Counted from the first letter of the stretch, positions 13,301-26,500 are shown. The stretch: DNA of 64,000 nucleotides from Octopus sinensis (GCF_006345805.1 NC_042998.1:57102001-57166000), one strand, 5' to 3'. The notes: generated from the letters alone by a model not told the origin. Program-made: numbers and translations.

Positions 13301-16300
13301 AAAATCCTACATAGTAATTTATGTTGAGCTATTAATGTGTATTTCCGTACAAAATGTTACTAAGATTAAAAATGCATTATGTACCATAGATATCAGCTCT
13401 ATCAAATGTAGATTTGATTTTACTCAAATCAAGCAAGTTATATAGCCCCGATTAAGTTTAGTTTGAGCTGTCTAAACACGAGGATACCCGTGTGATGAAA
13501 GAAAAATGTAAAGACTGGTATCACCAGTATAAAACTTGTATTGTCTAACATGTTAAGTGGAGAGCTCACTGGAGGGTAACACAAGAGCATGTACTTATTA
13601 GAACCCACTTTACGGAAGCCTAATTTGTATTATCTGATGGATTAGGGAACAATGTTTCGCCACGAATACTTAGTTTAAAAGTGCTCGAACGAGACAACTT
13701 GAAAGTCAAACAATCCGTGTATGTGGTGATTATGTGGTTAAAAGCCATAATTTGGGGGGAGGCTGCAAGAGCTTCAGGTAGCCAAAACATGCCACTTTCG
13801 CACCATCGAGAAAAAAAAATATCAAAATAATGAGTGGCTACTGAAGCCATTGAAGATGTGGATCTCGAAGACAGGTGCATTAAAGTAGATGTCCTAAGTA
13901 CACGATATAATATCTTACAATGGTTTCCTAAGAAAAAAATGTTAAAGTGAAAAGTTGTTTATTAGTTAAAATATAAGTACCAAGATGAAGCCTACCATTG
14001 CACTCATAAAACAAGTTAATAGTTTTCCTATCATAGAAGGATAGTTTACTCCTTTGACCGAGAAGAAATTGAAGATGTTCATCTTTTGGATCGATAGTAG
14101 TCTTCATATTCTTACTGTAAGCCTGTTAATTAAAAGTATGTAGATTTTCAGACATTCAAAATAAACATCACTGAAAGATAAAAATGATGCATATCTGCTG
14201 ATTGTTAACAGTTTATGTAAAAACGAAACGTTTTACAGAAGATCTAGTAAATTGTTGTCATTGTTAATACCTCAACGAATTAAGTAACGATGTACTTTAA
14301 AAATAGACATGTTACTATAAGATCAATAGTCAGGCAAGTGATCTTAAGATTTCTGAATTATACATTATGACTTCCGAATCTAAGGCTACAAAATATCCAC
14401 TAGAATAGATCAAATGTCACGTAAGAAAGAAAAATTGTTGTTGAAAGAAATGAGACTAATGGAATATTTGAGTAGACAAACTATTTTAAGCCAGAAATGA
14501 ATATATAACATTCTCCAATGCAATCAGGACAAATACGCATGGCACCAGGGATTATTGTAGATCATTCCATTTTGCTTAATATTGATTAGATCTGTGACCA
14601 GAAAGCTCATTAAGAATTGGTTACTGGCATTTCAAAAGCGGTTACAAGTGTGATTCAAGAAGTTTTACTAATTCCATAGTCACAAAAGAAAGTTTAAAAA
14701 AATACTTTTATCCGAAATTTCCGAAAAACAAAACCGCCGAGCTTATTTTATAGAACATATGTGAGCGATTACTATGTCATTCATTCGTATTAAAAATAAG
14801 TTAAACATTGGATTACTCAGAAACCTAGTTAACTGCAAGTAACTAAAATCAGTTCTCAATGAGTAATATGTTACAAGGAAAAAAGATAGCAATCGGGTTT
14901 TTGGTTTGTAATCTAGTACTATAAATAGCTGAACGAAATCTATTTTGGACGTTGTACAGTATGGTTTATACACCAACTGATTGGTGTATAAAAGGTAAAA
15001 CAAACGGTAATTATGTGGACAGATCAAAGGTGGGTCAGAAGTGAAATGTTGATCGATACAAATTAGTCTACTTCGAGCAGAAGGCTGATGAAAAGGTTCC
15101 TATACAGAATAGGGCCTACGTTGTTCAGTACAAATCAAAGTCTCGTCAGTGATATATTACACATCAATCCAGTTGTGTGCCGATACAATGGTCAAATTGA
15201 AAGAAAATACTTACTAGCGGTCCGTATTGCATTAATGACTCGTAATCATACTCTACGTAGTTGTAAGTTGGAAAATGAATATTGAAATTTTCTTTCTTCG
15301 AATTGTCAACATTTTCAAAATGTACTGTGATGTATTTATCTCTGTCACGTCTGGCATGTTCGTGGTAAAAGCCAAGGGCATGGCAGAGCTCGTGTACGAC
15401 GATTCCGATCTATTTAAAAGAATTTAAAATCATTAATATATTGAACGCCAAGATGTTTGAGATCATGTAAGCAAGATGCTCGGCTAAATTCATGGGGCAG
15501 AACTTCAAACCTGCAATAAACATTTCACTGTTTCTAGGTAGATTATTGCTATTTATCTTAGCTATAAAGAATTAGGAAAGCTATTAGAAATGTCGAATGT
15601 TCTCAATCTGTTAAGCGCATGAAATGACTTAAGGTGTTCAGATGAATTAAGATTTATTTTATAAAATTTGTTAGAAACGGGGATGAATCTGACTTATTGG
15701 GATTAGTATTCAAGTGTTGCATATTTTCTCAGTTTTAGCGGCTCCAGTGATACGTAAATATTTGGAGAATTCGTGCTTATCTCTTGTTTTATTGCATGAA
15801 CTAGAGACGCGTTTTCATAATTCGCATAAAAAGGAGCTAATGTATGCCCATACATTTTGATTCCCCAAATTATCATTGAGAAAAAAAATTAACCAAGTAA
15901 AATACACTTTTTAAAACTACACATGAATATATATATTTGCCTATGCACAAATTTATAACTATTAAGCTTGTGTCATTTGATTTTCATACATGGAAAATCA
16001 AATTACATCTTTCTCAGCAAAAACATTAAAGATACAAGTAGAGCATTTACAGCAAACGGGCAATATAAAATGGTTATCTGCAAAACGAAACTAGTCTGGA
16101 GATTAGTTTCACTGAAAATTCAAAGTCTTGTAATACCCATCAAAAATACTGGTAGAAAAAAAAAAAACTGAAGCAGCAATTTCTATTTCGTAAATCTAGG
16201 AAAGCCCCTTGCTTACCTTCATGCAAAAAGTCTCCCTTAGCAACAACATATGATGCCGGCCTTTACTATAACCAACATATGATCCACATCTGAAATATTT

Positions 16301-19300
16301 CAGAACAAATATTGATAAGTATTTCATCTGTAGAGAAAATACGATCTAGCATATAAAACTAATATTAATTCAATGTTAAAGTAATGAGAAATTAAAATTC
16401 TAAAGACGTTTGCATCAAAATTACGAGGTTCAAATCTGAAACGCGTTTCACTGGCCGCACTAAGAATCTCTTGATTTGGTAAGTCCTCAATTTCATATGG
16501 AGTACATCTTCACTAAAACACTGTCTTCATCTATTGAAGCGAGGAAATCTTCAAACATTTAATATGATCTGTTCAGTGAAGTAGTCACCAAAATGTCCAC
16601 TTTGGTATTGATCAAAATTTCATGGAATATTAAATTTTCAGTTCATTATGTAATTAGTGAACAATTTACAAAATGCAAGTTTAAAATGCAGCCACCTTGC
16701 GTAATATTTTAAAGCTATTTCAATACATTTTCAAAATAAAGCCTGCATTAAATGTCCACGTATAAATTCATTTTAAGCAGATGAAGTGCTAATTAAGGCC
16801 CTATTCCACTGTTCTATATGTGAAAACTGAAGATTGGAATTTTATACACCCTTGGCCAGAATTATCCGACTACAGTTTTAAAATGTTATAGAAGCATAAT
16901 ATATTGAATGTCAATGGGTAAATAACTACAAAAACCTCGTTTAATCTATGTGCGCGCGCGGTTTTCTTATGGGTTCCAAAAACTGAGTTGCCGATTTTGA
17001 GGCACGAGGTATCAAAGAATTCAGTAATCTTTTGGCTATCAAATAAAGTAGGTATTTTGCACAATGTTTTTACTACAAGAGTGACCTTGAAAACGAGTCT
17101 GGGTCGCACAATTTTGTGGGCTTTTCGGGCAATATTTCTATTTGCTTATCTACGTTGCTAATTTTAATGTTTTCGGTATAAAAAATGCAATGTAGAAGGA
17201 GTGGTATGAATGCGTTTGTGATACACAAAACCCTATTTGTCAACGGAAAAAAATGACAAAAACATGCTTTTATGGCACAATTATTGGCACATTTTCTGTC
17301 AACAATAGCATTTGCCACAACTAAACCTCCAATGTGAACGTCTTCATTATTCCAAGATTAAATAGTGTCTGAAGTATTGTGATACCATTTCTTTGCACAA
17401 AGTTCTATTTTTCAACAGAAAATTTTCTAATTAATACCGGAAACAGTTTCTTATAGATTAGATTTTCTTGACAGCAAATGACTCCAGAATGCCCAAGGAG
17501 CGTTCTCAGGTTTAAATTAAATTTCCCAATGATAAAGCAAAACAGCCTATATTCGTTCAAGTGTGGTAAAGACTTGAAGCAATGACTAAAACCATTCGTC
17601 TATTTTCAAGACGCACAGCGTCCCTATATATTTATGCCTAACTGCCCACATTAACCTTGTTTACTCATATCCTTATATGTACATATACCGCTCCAAAGCC
17701 CTTTTATTATGTTGGCCTCAGCATTAATATAAACGGATACCAAATATGCCTGCAAAGAAACATAATATCTTTGAACATGGCTTTTTTTATGGGACGTGTA
17801 AGAACTATTTCAGCTTCTACATTAACCGATTTGTAGCCATGAAACTTAGTTGCCAATACTGCTGTATGAGATATCAAAAGATTGAGCAATCTTTCGGCTG
17901 CCAGCGTAAAGTACGTTTTTTGTACAGCAACTATTTTACTACAAAAATTAAAACCAAACCGAGGAGGCAATGTTAGGATTTCCTTCTAATCTAAGTTGCC
18001 ATTGTACACGTGTTTGGTGTCAAGCATTTCAGCATTGTTCATCAGAAAGTGACCGAAAAACTTGTTTGCTTGTTACTCCTCGGGTGTTGATTTTGCCTAT
18101 AAGGAACAAATAATACAATGTTACTGTAGGTCATAACATCCAGGCAACGCCGGGGTGCACTGCTAGTGTTTATGACATGGTAGAAAATAATTATTTTAAA
18201 TATTCATCATAAAAATAGGATCCTATATTGGGAGAGATGACATACAAATATATTTACCCATCGCCTTTTCCAATGTCTAAATAAGCAGGTCCTAATTCAT
18301 CAGCCCTTTTTGTTGTCCATTCTGGAAAACGCAAGCAGCAATTGCTTTCCACAATACTTATAGCTTTCTTCACGGTAGAGTATGAACTGGCGAAATCTGG
18401 AGTGAAGGAAGTAACAATTAAAATAAAGTGAAAATCTACTTTTAGAAAATTCCTAACATGCAACAACGTCATCACTATTTACGATCTTGATTAGAAGACA
18501 TAATCGCTGTTACGAAACTCAGTACGAGATTGTGACTATTGAAATATCTTATTTCCATTTCATTTTGATTTTCTTATGCTTCAGAAGAAATGTAATTAAT
18601 CTATCGAGATCTGTATGAAGACTGCAGCTAGAAAACCTGATTCAATCAAACAGCAAATGACATCTTTCATGATTAGATAGAAATAATATACAATCAGACT
18701 ATGACTCGTCAAATTAAGGGAAACATTGAAAAGTAATGTAGGCATAAGTACAATAAACGAACGCATCATTGCTATAGGTCATCTATAATACTGTTCCAAT
18801 GAAGATTTTAAAATTATTATAAATTTAGCATCAAAATATCTTCAGCCAAATGCCTTGATAGAAAACCCGTTGAAGCTTTCGCTTGATGCTCACTCATCTG
18901 AACTGTTTTTACATTCGACTTTTCTTTGTCTCATGTGTTGGTTCGTTCATCTAGAAATGGATTACACTAGGGAACAGGGATTTTGTTGCCTGGTTCTGTA
19001 GACAGGTTGTCTAGTAATCTTTGGATGCAGGATAGTCACCATTTCCAAGGATAGCTTTGGCTTCAGATGCACAGCTATGTAAGGAGCTAGGCATAAATTT
19101 GAAAATTTTCTTCAATACCATTTGAAGCAAATACAACTACGAAAGTGAAAATAAAAGCCATGATTTAAGCATCTTCAAATACTTCATTTGAAGTATCTTC
19201 AAAAAGTAACAAACCTCAGCGACTTCACCATTTTGAATACAACCAGTTTTAAATGTAATGAAAGTGACAAATATTCTTTATACAATAACTAGGTGTTAAT

Positions 19301-22300
19301 CTTTATTTCTGAAAATTGTTTTGAATGCGCCCCTAATATTTTAAATGAGAGATAACAGGAGTCAAGGTCACTTTTTGTCAAACCTGGTTAAGAGACTGCT
19401 CTTTATGGAATTTTGCCATCACAAATCTGCGTTTGCTTTATGACTTGACAATTCTGAAAATTCTTTTCCTCGGTGACAACTAGCTGGGATGTGTTTTGTA
19501 TTTCAAAAATATGTTCAGTTGTTGTAAAAGAAAATGCAAAAATACCCCGATGTTTTGTTATATTTGTGGATGTTACATTTACCTAGACAGTGAAATAAAT
19601 CACAGATCTTGTGGGGGGAAAAAGAAACTCATCTTAATTTGGTATGAAACTGGGTGACCAAGCCAAGACCTGGGCACCCCATATAATCAGTGCCCGTTTC
19701 AAATACTTAAGCAGAAAGCTTCTAGCTACGTCTTGTGCCAAAAGATTGATGCGTCTGATATGATACAGATTAGGTGACTACTGCAGGATGGGCAGTTTTT
19801 AGAGACTGTTTGGCGTTGAAAAAGTAGCATGGAATGATTTTTCTGCAGTTGTGTCCGATTTTCTATTAGTTTTCGGGCACCGAGCTGCAACTTCAGTGTC
19901 AAAATACATATCCTGCACAGTCATCTGGAGTATTTCCTTGAAAACCATAGTGCAGTTAAGTGATGAGCAAGGAGAAAGATTCCACCAAAACATCGACAGC
20001 GTGGAGACAAAAGAGATGGCGCACTAAGATGATGACTGACTTCTGGTCTGCGAATAGACTGTCGAAATGCAAAATTATTCAAAGAAAAAGTTTACTCCTT
20101 GTATAGTTAAAACTATCTTAAGATGCTAACTAAAGATGGGTAATTAAACATTTTAATTAATGTAATAAAATTACGATTTGATTAGCTTCTTATTTCAGTA
20201 TTGCTTTAATGGCTAAATAGATAATTTTTTGGTAACAGAGTTCCTGTTTAACAAAAAAAAAAAAAAAAAAAAAAAAAAAACCACTGCGTTGCAGAAAATA
20301 TATGAGGACATTTCTGAACTCAGCATTAAGAACTAATAAAATGCGAGACAAAAAAATTTCTTCGAAAACGTTTCCTAGTGTTATGAATAAACTAAAAGCA
20401 GTTGACCAATCTGTTTAGCAAAAAGCAAACAATACAATTGTGCTTACTTAGAGAGTAAGCTGTAGGAAAAATAAAAATTTGACCGGATAGAAAGCTGTTT
20501 TGAAACGAGCATGAAAATTTTAGTCTAAAAGTGAAAAAGCAAACTCAACAGAAATTATAATCAAAATTGTTGCCCTGTGTTATTAGTCGAAAGTAATCGA
20601 CTAGTCGTGGAATTACTGTATTTGATAGGGTTTGCAGTAGTTTAAAGATACCAAATTGGCTTGGAAATAACAGGAAGATCATTCCCAAATCCCAATCATC
20701 ATAAACATATTAAGTCATACAATGACACGGCTGGAAACTGATGCTATATCTGCTCGAAGAATTCTTCGGGACAAACATTTTTGTCAGTCGCCTGTAAGTA
20801 AGCCACAACTCCAGCTAACTGGAGATCACTTAAACGATGCACTACTAAAAAAAAAAAAGGCGGGAGGGCGTTCACAAACACTCCCAACAATTGAAAGAAT
20901 GATTTATTAGCTCACCAAATTTCCTCTTGTCCGTATTAAATTTCCACGGGACAGTTTTGTTCTTCCACCGCTTAAGTTTCAATACAGCTTTTCTTTTCGA
21001 AAAGGGACTTGGCTACAAGAAGAATACCGAAGTCATTTAATGTTTTATTAGTTAAATATACGTATACTATTTTTTTCTCACAGTATTTTGCCGACTAGGC
21101 GATGACTGATCCACCGACAAATATTTTTAACATTGTTAAATACAATTATCTATAACTGCATGCTCATCAAATGAAAGAAATGAAAATGATTTCATATAGT
21201 ATATCAAGTTGTAATATGTTTAATGAACTGCTTTCCATATACCAGCTTTCCACAAATATAGAGAGCATGAACGCATGTTCTTTTAATAAATATCACAGGA
21301 AATTAAGAGGATCAGGTCTTTCCATAAATAATGTTCGGATTTTTATATTTTCAATTTGTAAGCGCTTTAACGGTATTTTAGAAAATCTAATAGCATATAT
21401 TTTGACATAAACTAGTTAAATTGCATTTTTCAAAATAACTTAATGTCACTAATTATAGCTCTTCAAACAGAACTGTCTACAGAGATTGATGAGTTTAAAA
21501 AGGCAACTTTGTAGCTGAAGCGACTCGAAATATTCACTCAACTTACGGAGTTGAGTGCCTGAATGAAAGAGTTGGCTTGTAAAATTAAGAAGTGGAGATT
21601 TCAGTCTTGAAGAGGAGGTCCAAACAGGACGTGCAGTTGAGTTTGATAAGATCCATTCGGCAGGAGTTGAAAAAAATCGTGCAGTTTTAGTTGAAGAATT
21701 GGTAAGCAAGCTTCGTTCAAGACATGCGAAGAAGGTTCTTGTGATTGGTGGGATCGCAGAAGAGTCATTGACTGAGTTACTAACAACTGTCACAACAATT
21801 ATCGCCAGCAATTAGAGCGTTTGAACGCTGTGAAGACAAAAAAGGCCTGCTTTAGTGAATCGAAAGGAACCTACATTGCAAAGAGCACGTCAAAGAAAAT
21901 CGAGGAACATGGCTGGGAAAAAATTGCTCATCTGCTTTATACCACAGACCTTCCTCCTTCAGATTACTATTTGTTCCGTAGTTTACAAAATAATATTGCT
22001 GGATTAACTCTCGAGACAGCTGAAGAAGTCGAAACTGACATTTCAAAGTTCTCTTCAAAACCGAGTTTTTCACTAATGTAATTAAACTGCGTACAGGTAG
22101 ACGGAATGATGTCATAGATAATCATTGCCCTATTTCAGATCTGAACATTACTTATGGGATGACCTGATGCATTTAAAAGGCTGTTCATGTGATTAACCAT
22201 AACTAAACGTAAGTGCGTCTGGAAAAAATACCAAAATGAGGGAAACGTATGAAAAATCCCGCATTCCCGAGTGTCTTGGACCTGAATTGTTCTAGTTATT

Positions 22301-23522
22301 GTAGTGTTACGATCATCGTTAACAAATTTCCACGTTAGACCCTTTTGAACTGTCATCTGAGATGCTGTTTAGTAAATTGTTTGAGTTTTACGAGGTGGTA
22401 TCAAAAAGATTCCGGAATAGTTCTGTAGCGCACCAATACATGGCAACAAACTTGAGTGCGCAGTGAGAGTTAGTAGTGACCTTTATGAGATAGTGTGCCG
22501 AGTGACATCGTTGGTTTTTACCTCGCAAGCTGTGAAATTTGTGTTTTTGGGATCATGTATGTTGTAGTCTGTTGTCATGTGCAGGAATTTGGAATAAAGA
22601 GCCAACGTGAACTTTTGCGTTAAACTTGACTTGGGAAGTCTGGAGACATTGAGCAGGTTTCAACAAGCAACGAGGCAATCGGTGGTACTCAATGTTTTGA
22701 GTGGCATGGGCGCTTCAAAAGCGGAAGAACATCCATGGAAGATGAGGAATCTGGAAGACCTGCCACGAGCGTCTTTCCCGGAAATGTGGAGAAATTTTAT
22801 CAGCTTGTGCATGAGGATTGTCCGAGAACAATCAATGACATTGATGTTGTTAGTCTGTCGTACGCGTCCGTGCAGGCAATCCTCACCTTTGAATTCAACA
22901 TGCAGCGTGTCTCTGCCAAGTTTGACTGAGCAGAAAGAACATCGCGCCAAAATAGTGTCTAGATTTCCGGCAGCTTGCCCGTGATGACCCATCATTCATG
23001 CCAATGAACATCACCGACTCAGATGATGCAGTAGTCATCACAAAAAAGAACCTTTCATCTCCACGGCCGAGGAAGGTACGACAGAGCTGCAGCTCAAGAC
23101 CCCCTCATTTTTGTCGTCATCCACGGTATTGTGCATTGAGAATTCGCACCCCCATGCCAGACCCTCAATCGAGAGACCTAAGACTTTGAAAGCAACCAGA
23201 TCTGTGGAACGCGAAGAATTGAATTCTTTGCGACGACAATGCACACATTTCTTTTTATTAAACATAACTAGCCTGGGAACCTTTTGACACTGCCTCGTGC
23301 AAGAGAAGAAACACACTGTCTCACAGTCTACATTTTCTAATGGTCGCTAAAATTTCAATATTTGAAGGTATAAATATAACTTTTTTATTTACATATTAAA
23401 ACAGTGTTTTCACACTGTTCAATACTTACGTTTTCCTCAACAAAAATATCTCCCTCCAACACCTTTGTGACATTGGATATGTATTCCTCTACACTAGGTT
23501 TGTCGAGGTCATTTGGCTCCCA
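1269..23522 (-). CDS. Astacin-family (M12A) zinc metalloprotease: prodomain-astacin-EGF-CUB-MAM-putative GPI signal; 15 exons found, 5' signal-peptide exon missing
   Basis: Hand-spliced GT-AG exons with compatible phases: 23430-23522, 20916-21012, 18258-18396, 16217-16289, 15215-15409, 13996-14122, 11007-11126, 9846-9955, 8853-8971, 7560-7693, 7246-7334, 4976-5093, 3834-4012, 1478-1592, 1269-1354 (1794 nt = 597 aa + stop). Motifs: EGDI prodomain, KR/KAV..W..KTVPW mature start, CLRF, GCGSYVG, HELCHALGFYHEHARRDRD, SLMQY Met-turn, LGQR..LS.YD, EGF-like, CUB (CGG..CVWLI..CLQWLEMRY..FCG), MAM (CTFE..FC..W; YIY; IALDDISL..C). Confidence 0.93.
1478..7334 (-). CDS. Astacin gene exons encoding the MAM domain (7246-7334, 4976-5093, 3834-4012, 1478-1592)
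   Basis: CTFELGNDFC..W; HH..KYIYL...VLESRLI; KCIGIYY..LNLY..W; GYIALDDISL..C. The 7334 acceptor is a weak AAG, so that boundary is less certain. Confidence 0.85.
3300..3780 (-). mobile_element. Penelope-like element 3' remnant (GIY-YIG C-terminus + pLTR with hammerhead-like core)
   Basis: Minus-strand frames RVEEHRKAV..D..S..A..VW, LWDAVKII, ERQFKIRKIK.AH; CTGATGA-stem(ggttg/cagcc)-GAAACG at about 3368-3408. Confidence 0.75.
5850..6165 (-). mobile_element. tRNA-derived SINE (octopus-type, second family)
   Basis: Reverse complement shows a decayed tRNA-like head (catggttccgggtgcagtcccagtgcgtg) and a body resembling octopus SINE sequences (recognised from memory). Confidence 0.65.
7560..9955 (-). 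CDS. Astacin gene exons encoding the CUB domain (9846-9955, 8853-8971, 7560-7693)
   Basis: CGG...CVWLIE / SPALTRMEI...CLQWLEMRYNLIGQHGP / RFCG...AMLILES...SFEVNV; phases match. Confidence 0.88.
11007..11126 (-). CDS. Astacin gene exon: EGF-like domain (LCIRPLKSCKYDGYIDYNCTCYCPSGLEGDDC)
   Basis: Six-Cys EGF pattern; symmetric phase 1-1 exon. Confidence 0.9.
12130..13140 (-). mobile_element. Highly decayed LINE remnant, possibly RTE
   Basis: GC-richer intronic island; weak LWY.GV.RM..E.L match to the RTE C-terminus. Confidence 0.3.
13996..14122 (-). CDS. Astacin gene exon: catalytic domain C-terminus (AYSKNMKTTIDP...LGQRSKLSFYDRKTINLFYECN)
   Basis: GQRxxLSxxD..IN..Y.C motif. Confidence 0.93.
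15215..15409 (-). CDS. Astacin gene exon: zinc-binding site and Met-turn (IGIVVHELCHALGFYHEHARRDRD...YESLMQYGPL)
   Basis: HExxHxxGxxHE astacin signature; ttaaatag/gtaagt splice sites. Confidence 0.97.
16217..16289 (-). CDS. Astacin gene exon (CGSYVGYSKGRHHMLLLRETFCMK)
   Basis: GCxSYVG motif; tttcag/gtaagc splice sites. Confidence 0.9.
17700..17960 (+). mobile_element. Possible piggyBac transposase remnant
   Basis: MPAK.. and V.FLYSNYFTT resemble piggyBac QYMPAKP and V..DNYFTS; weak. Confidence 0.3.
18000..18167 (+). mobile_element. Helitron-like 3' terminus
   Basis: Hairpin ccaggcaacgccggg followed 8 nt later by ctag-t (18140-18167); left boundary approximate. Confidence 0.65.
18258..18396 (-). 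CDS. Astacin gene exon (FASSYSTVKKAISIVESNCCLRFPEW...IGKGDG)
   Basis: CLRF motif; phase 1 to 2. Confidence 0.9.
19500..20080 (+). mobile_element. Chapaev3-like (CMC) DNA transposon remnant, internally deleted
   Basis: Frameshifted peptides KRKCKNTPMFCYICGCY, FGMKLGDQAKTWAPHI, LHSHLEYF.EN..AV-SDEQGERFHQNI; family assignment from recalled motifs. Confidence 0.65.
20916..21012 (-). CDS. Astacin gene exon: pro/mature junction (PSPFSKRKAVLKLKRWKNKTVPWKFNTDKRKF)
   Basis: cttgtag acceptor, gtgag donor; basic cleavage site followed by W...VPW. Confidence 0.85.
21400..22130 (+). mobile_element. mariner transposase remnant
   Basis: HAKKVL..WWD; GWEKIAHLLYTTDLPPSDYYLFRSLQN (decayed HPPYSPDLAPSDY); boundaries approximate. 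Confidence 0.85.
22389..23299 (+). mobile_element. Internally deleted mariner element with degenerate TIRs
   Basis: Left TIR tacgaggtggtatcaaaaagattccgg, right TIR cctgggaaccttttgacactgcctcgtg; peptides NFCVKL, MEDEESGRPATSV, RVSAKF, PRPRKVRQS. Confidence 0.85.
23430..23522 (-). CDS. Astacin gene exon: prodomain (WEPNDLDKPSVEEYISNVTKVLEGDIFVEEN)
   Basis: tttatttag acceptor, gtaagt donor; EGDI aspartate-switch motif. Confidence 0.85.
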
Positions 23523-26500
23523 CTAAATAAAACGAAAAGTAGAAATTATCCAATATGCAGCTGCTTTTCCTGTTGACAAGGTCATGTCGAAGAAGCGTCA
23601 GAGTTATAAATTATTTATATATAGTATATAAGTTTAATCGACGAATGCAAGTTTGTTTAAAACATCTAGTTACCATTACTATGTAAATCGAATATTTATT
23701 TATTGTACAAAAGTTCTGCTTGAAAGTCCAATGTACTTAAATTCGACGTAAATTAATCTAAGAAACTTAGAAAGTATGCATGCATCTATCTCAAATCACG
23801 GCATATACATATTTACACTTCGAAATACAATTTCAATTATTTTCCGTTTGAAAATTATGGCACTTGTACTTTAATACATTGTAATTAATATTAGCAATAT
23901 TACCATTAGTAACCATGGGGAAAAAGGTTTGTTATCCAGTTGCAGTGAGATTTGTTTGTAATTCTCGCTAGTTTTACTAGCGAAATTAGTAATAAGCGGA
24001 TATAGTCATACCTTATGCTAGGTATGAGAAAATATGTAAGAGAGGACTAAAGATTTTCATGTAATACATAGCAAATAGTTTTATTCAGTTAATGCTTTTA
24101 AGTCATATCCTCTAGATTAACAAGAGATCATGGTAAAGATATTTACTATCGTTAGGAAAAAGGGTTCAAACTTAAACATAAGTCCATAATGATGGTCATG
24201 TTCTAAACTATTAGATCATATCACTGGAAGCACCGTTCTACTATAGTAGATTACATCTTTGTAGTGAAGTGTCCAAGATACAGTCGTAGAGAAGATAATT
24301 TTAAGGCTTGACGCAAATAAACTTTCATTACAGCCCTTAGAGCTGATGCGAAAGTATGGCGCAGTGCCTTTAATACACAGCAAACTACGTTTCAGCTCTA
24401 ACGGTTAACATAAATTTTTTACAAAGTCGCAACCGGAGAAAATATGCAGTACGAATACCATGCCAATGTATATTTAGAATGTTGAGAAATTGACATTGCT
24501 GCGCAGAATAAAAGTATGTATAATTTCGAATATACAAAACAGATTAATTTCAGCTCGTTAAATTTCTTGGGAAATCCTTATAAGATTGGAATTGAAGTAA
24601 TGAAAGCAAAAACTGAAAATAAAACCAATATTACTCTGTATTCTGTCTTGTTATCCACAAATATAAAGCTGGCCTTTTTCTGTATCACTTCAGAATTCTA
24701 GAAAGAAAAAAAGCAAATGTAAAAATTTGTTACGTTGATACATTTGTGTATTTATTCTTCGACAAGAGGAAAAAAAGTATTCATTAATTTGTTCATTGTA
24801 AACAATTACAGGACAATTTTTGAAAAGGTTAAACAGTAATGTCTGGAACGAAAATAATGAGGACGAAATTGTAATAATTTCAAGAGTTCTCCGCTACAAA
24901 CTACAGAAAAGTATATCATTTTCTGCATTACATTTTCTTCTGAGTGACTGACTAAAATTAATCACGTTTGACGTAACTAAATCAAACGATTTAATTGCTA
25001 CTGATTATTTTTATTCTCGAGGAGTAAGTTTCAGTTTTCAGAAGAATGTTGACACAGAACTACTTTCTCGTCGTACGTTATAAAATCTACGACTATCAAT
25101 GATTTTATAGTAGCTATAAAAAGAAACTTAAAAACGATAGACACGTTTTTGGTAATAGAAATTTGAAATATATTAGAGATATTAAAACTAACATCTGTAG
25201 TTTGGCATAAGACGGCTTCTACATAAAATTCAATTAAATGTTTTTTTTTTTTTTCATTCAACAAAAAAAAAAAAAAAAAAAAAAACTATTGAAACCAAAT
25301 ATCGCTTTCGTATATAGTGAAAGAAAAATATTAGCTTAAAATTGATTAAATCGATAAAAGGCTAACGCCGGCTACAAGTCTATTTGATTTATAAAATTGT
25401 AATACATTCAGTGTAAATACTTGATAAAGGATATGAATGGAATGGAGCAAATGATTGAAAAATTGTGGACATATAAACTAAGATTACCATTTCAGATGGA
25501 TATGGTCCATTAATAAACCTGTATCTCTTACGAGATTTCTATCATAAATGATCATTCACAGCACTCAGATAAATTGAATCTCAAATATATATTTGTGAAT
25601 TACGATACAGAAAATTTGATTCCAGTTCTATACCACCAACTTCTCAAAGTTCAGTACAGTGCCTCGCCCCTTCTCAAGCAGACGGTAACCACCACATCGA
25701 ATCATCCTTTCAGCTCTCGTGAATATCAATGCTTTTGTTTCATTCGGATGGTCTACTTACAGAGGTTCACACTGTACAATTTTATCAAACTCCAGTAACG
25801 GAGGATTTGGGAATGGTTCGTGTCCAGTTATCTCGTATTCGCGATTTGATTCATATACTAACAAGTTAACAATTATGCTTGTCGGAAAACATACTAACCA
25901 AAAATTATTAATTTCTCAAGATGTTTTTACCTTGTATTTTTTGAAGCAGAATATCATTCTTCCAGGTTTACTTGTTTACTTTCACGGCATTATTTTAGAC
26001 AGGTCAATACGTTTAAGGGAATATCACTCATGTTTGAAAAGGCATTATCAATGTAACTGAAAGTGGATTTAACCAGTCCCATATTAAGAGAAATTCTGCA
26101 AGTTTATCTCCTTCCCTAGAAGATTACGTTATCCCAGAGGACACGGTATATAATGATCCGCTTCTTGAAGAACGATATTGAGAATTTGATATTCATGTGA
26201 AAGAAAAAAAAAAAAACATCAGCAGGCACTATAAAGAGTGTAATTGCCAATATTGATTGGAATTATTTATTCTATGCAGCTGTTCAGACAATTAACTTTA
26301 ACATTGTAAAGATAATTAAAAATGAAATTAATCGAGAGATAAAGACATGCCTTTGAATATCACCGAAAAAAGTTAATTTTGTCCTTAATTAAAATGCCAT
26401 TTTGAATATTTTGGAATTACAAATTTTTATAACAATTGAGGAAAAAAAATGTAATAATCCGTTTCATATATATAATTATATAAGGTGTACTTTAAAAAGA

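Noticed and set aside
25560-26200. GC-richer island with protein-like minus-strand frames (..EITGHEPFPNPPLLEFDKIVQCEP..)
   Set aside because: Interrupted by stops and has no recognisable motif; cannot be assigned without a search.
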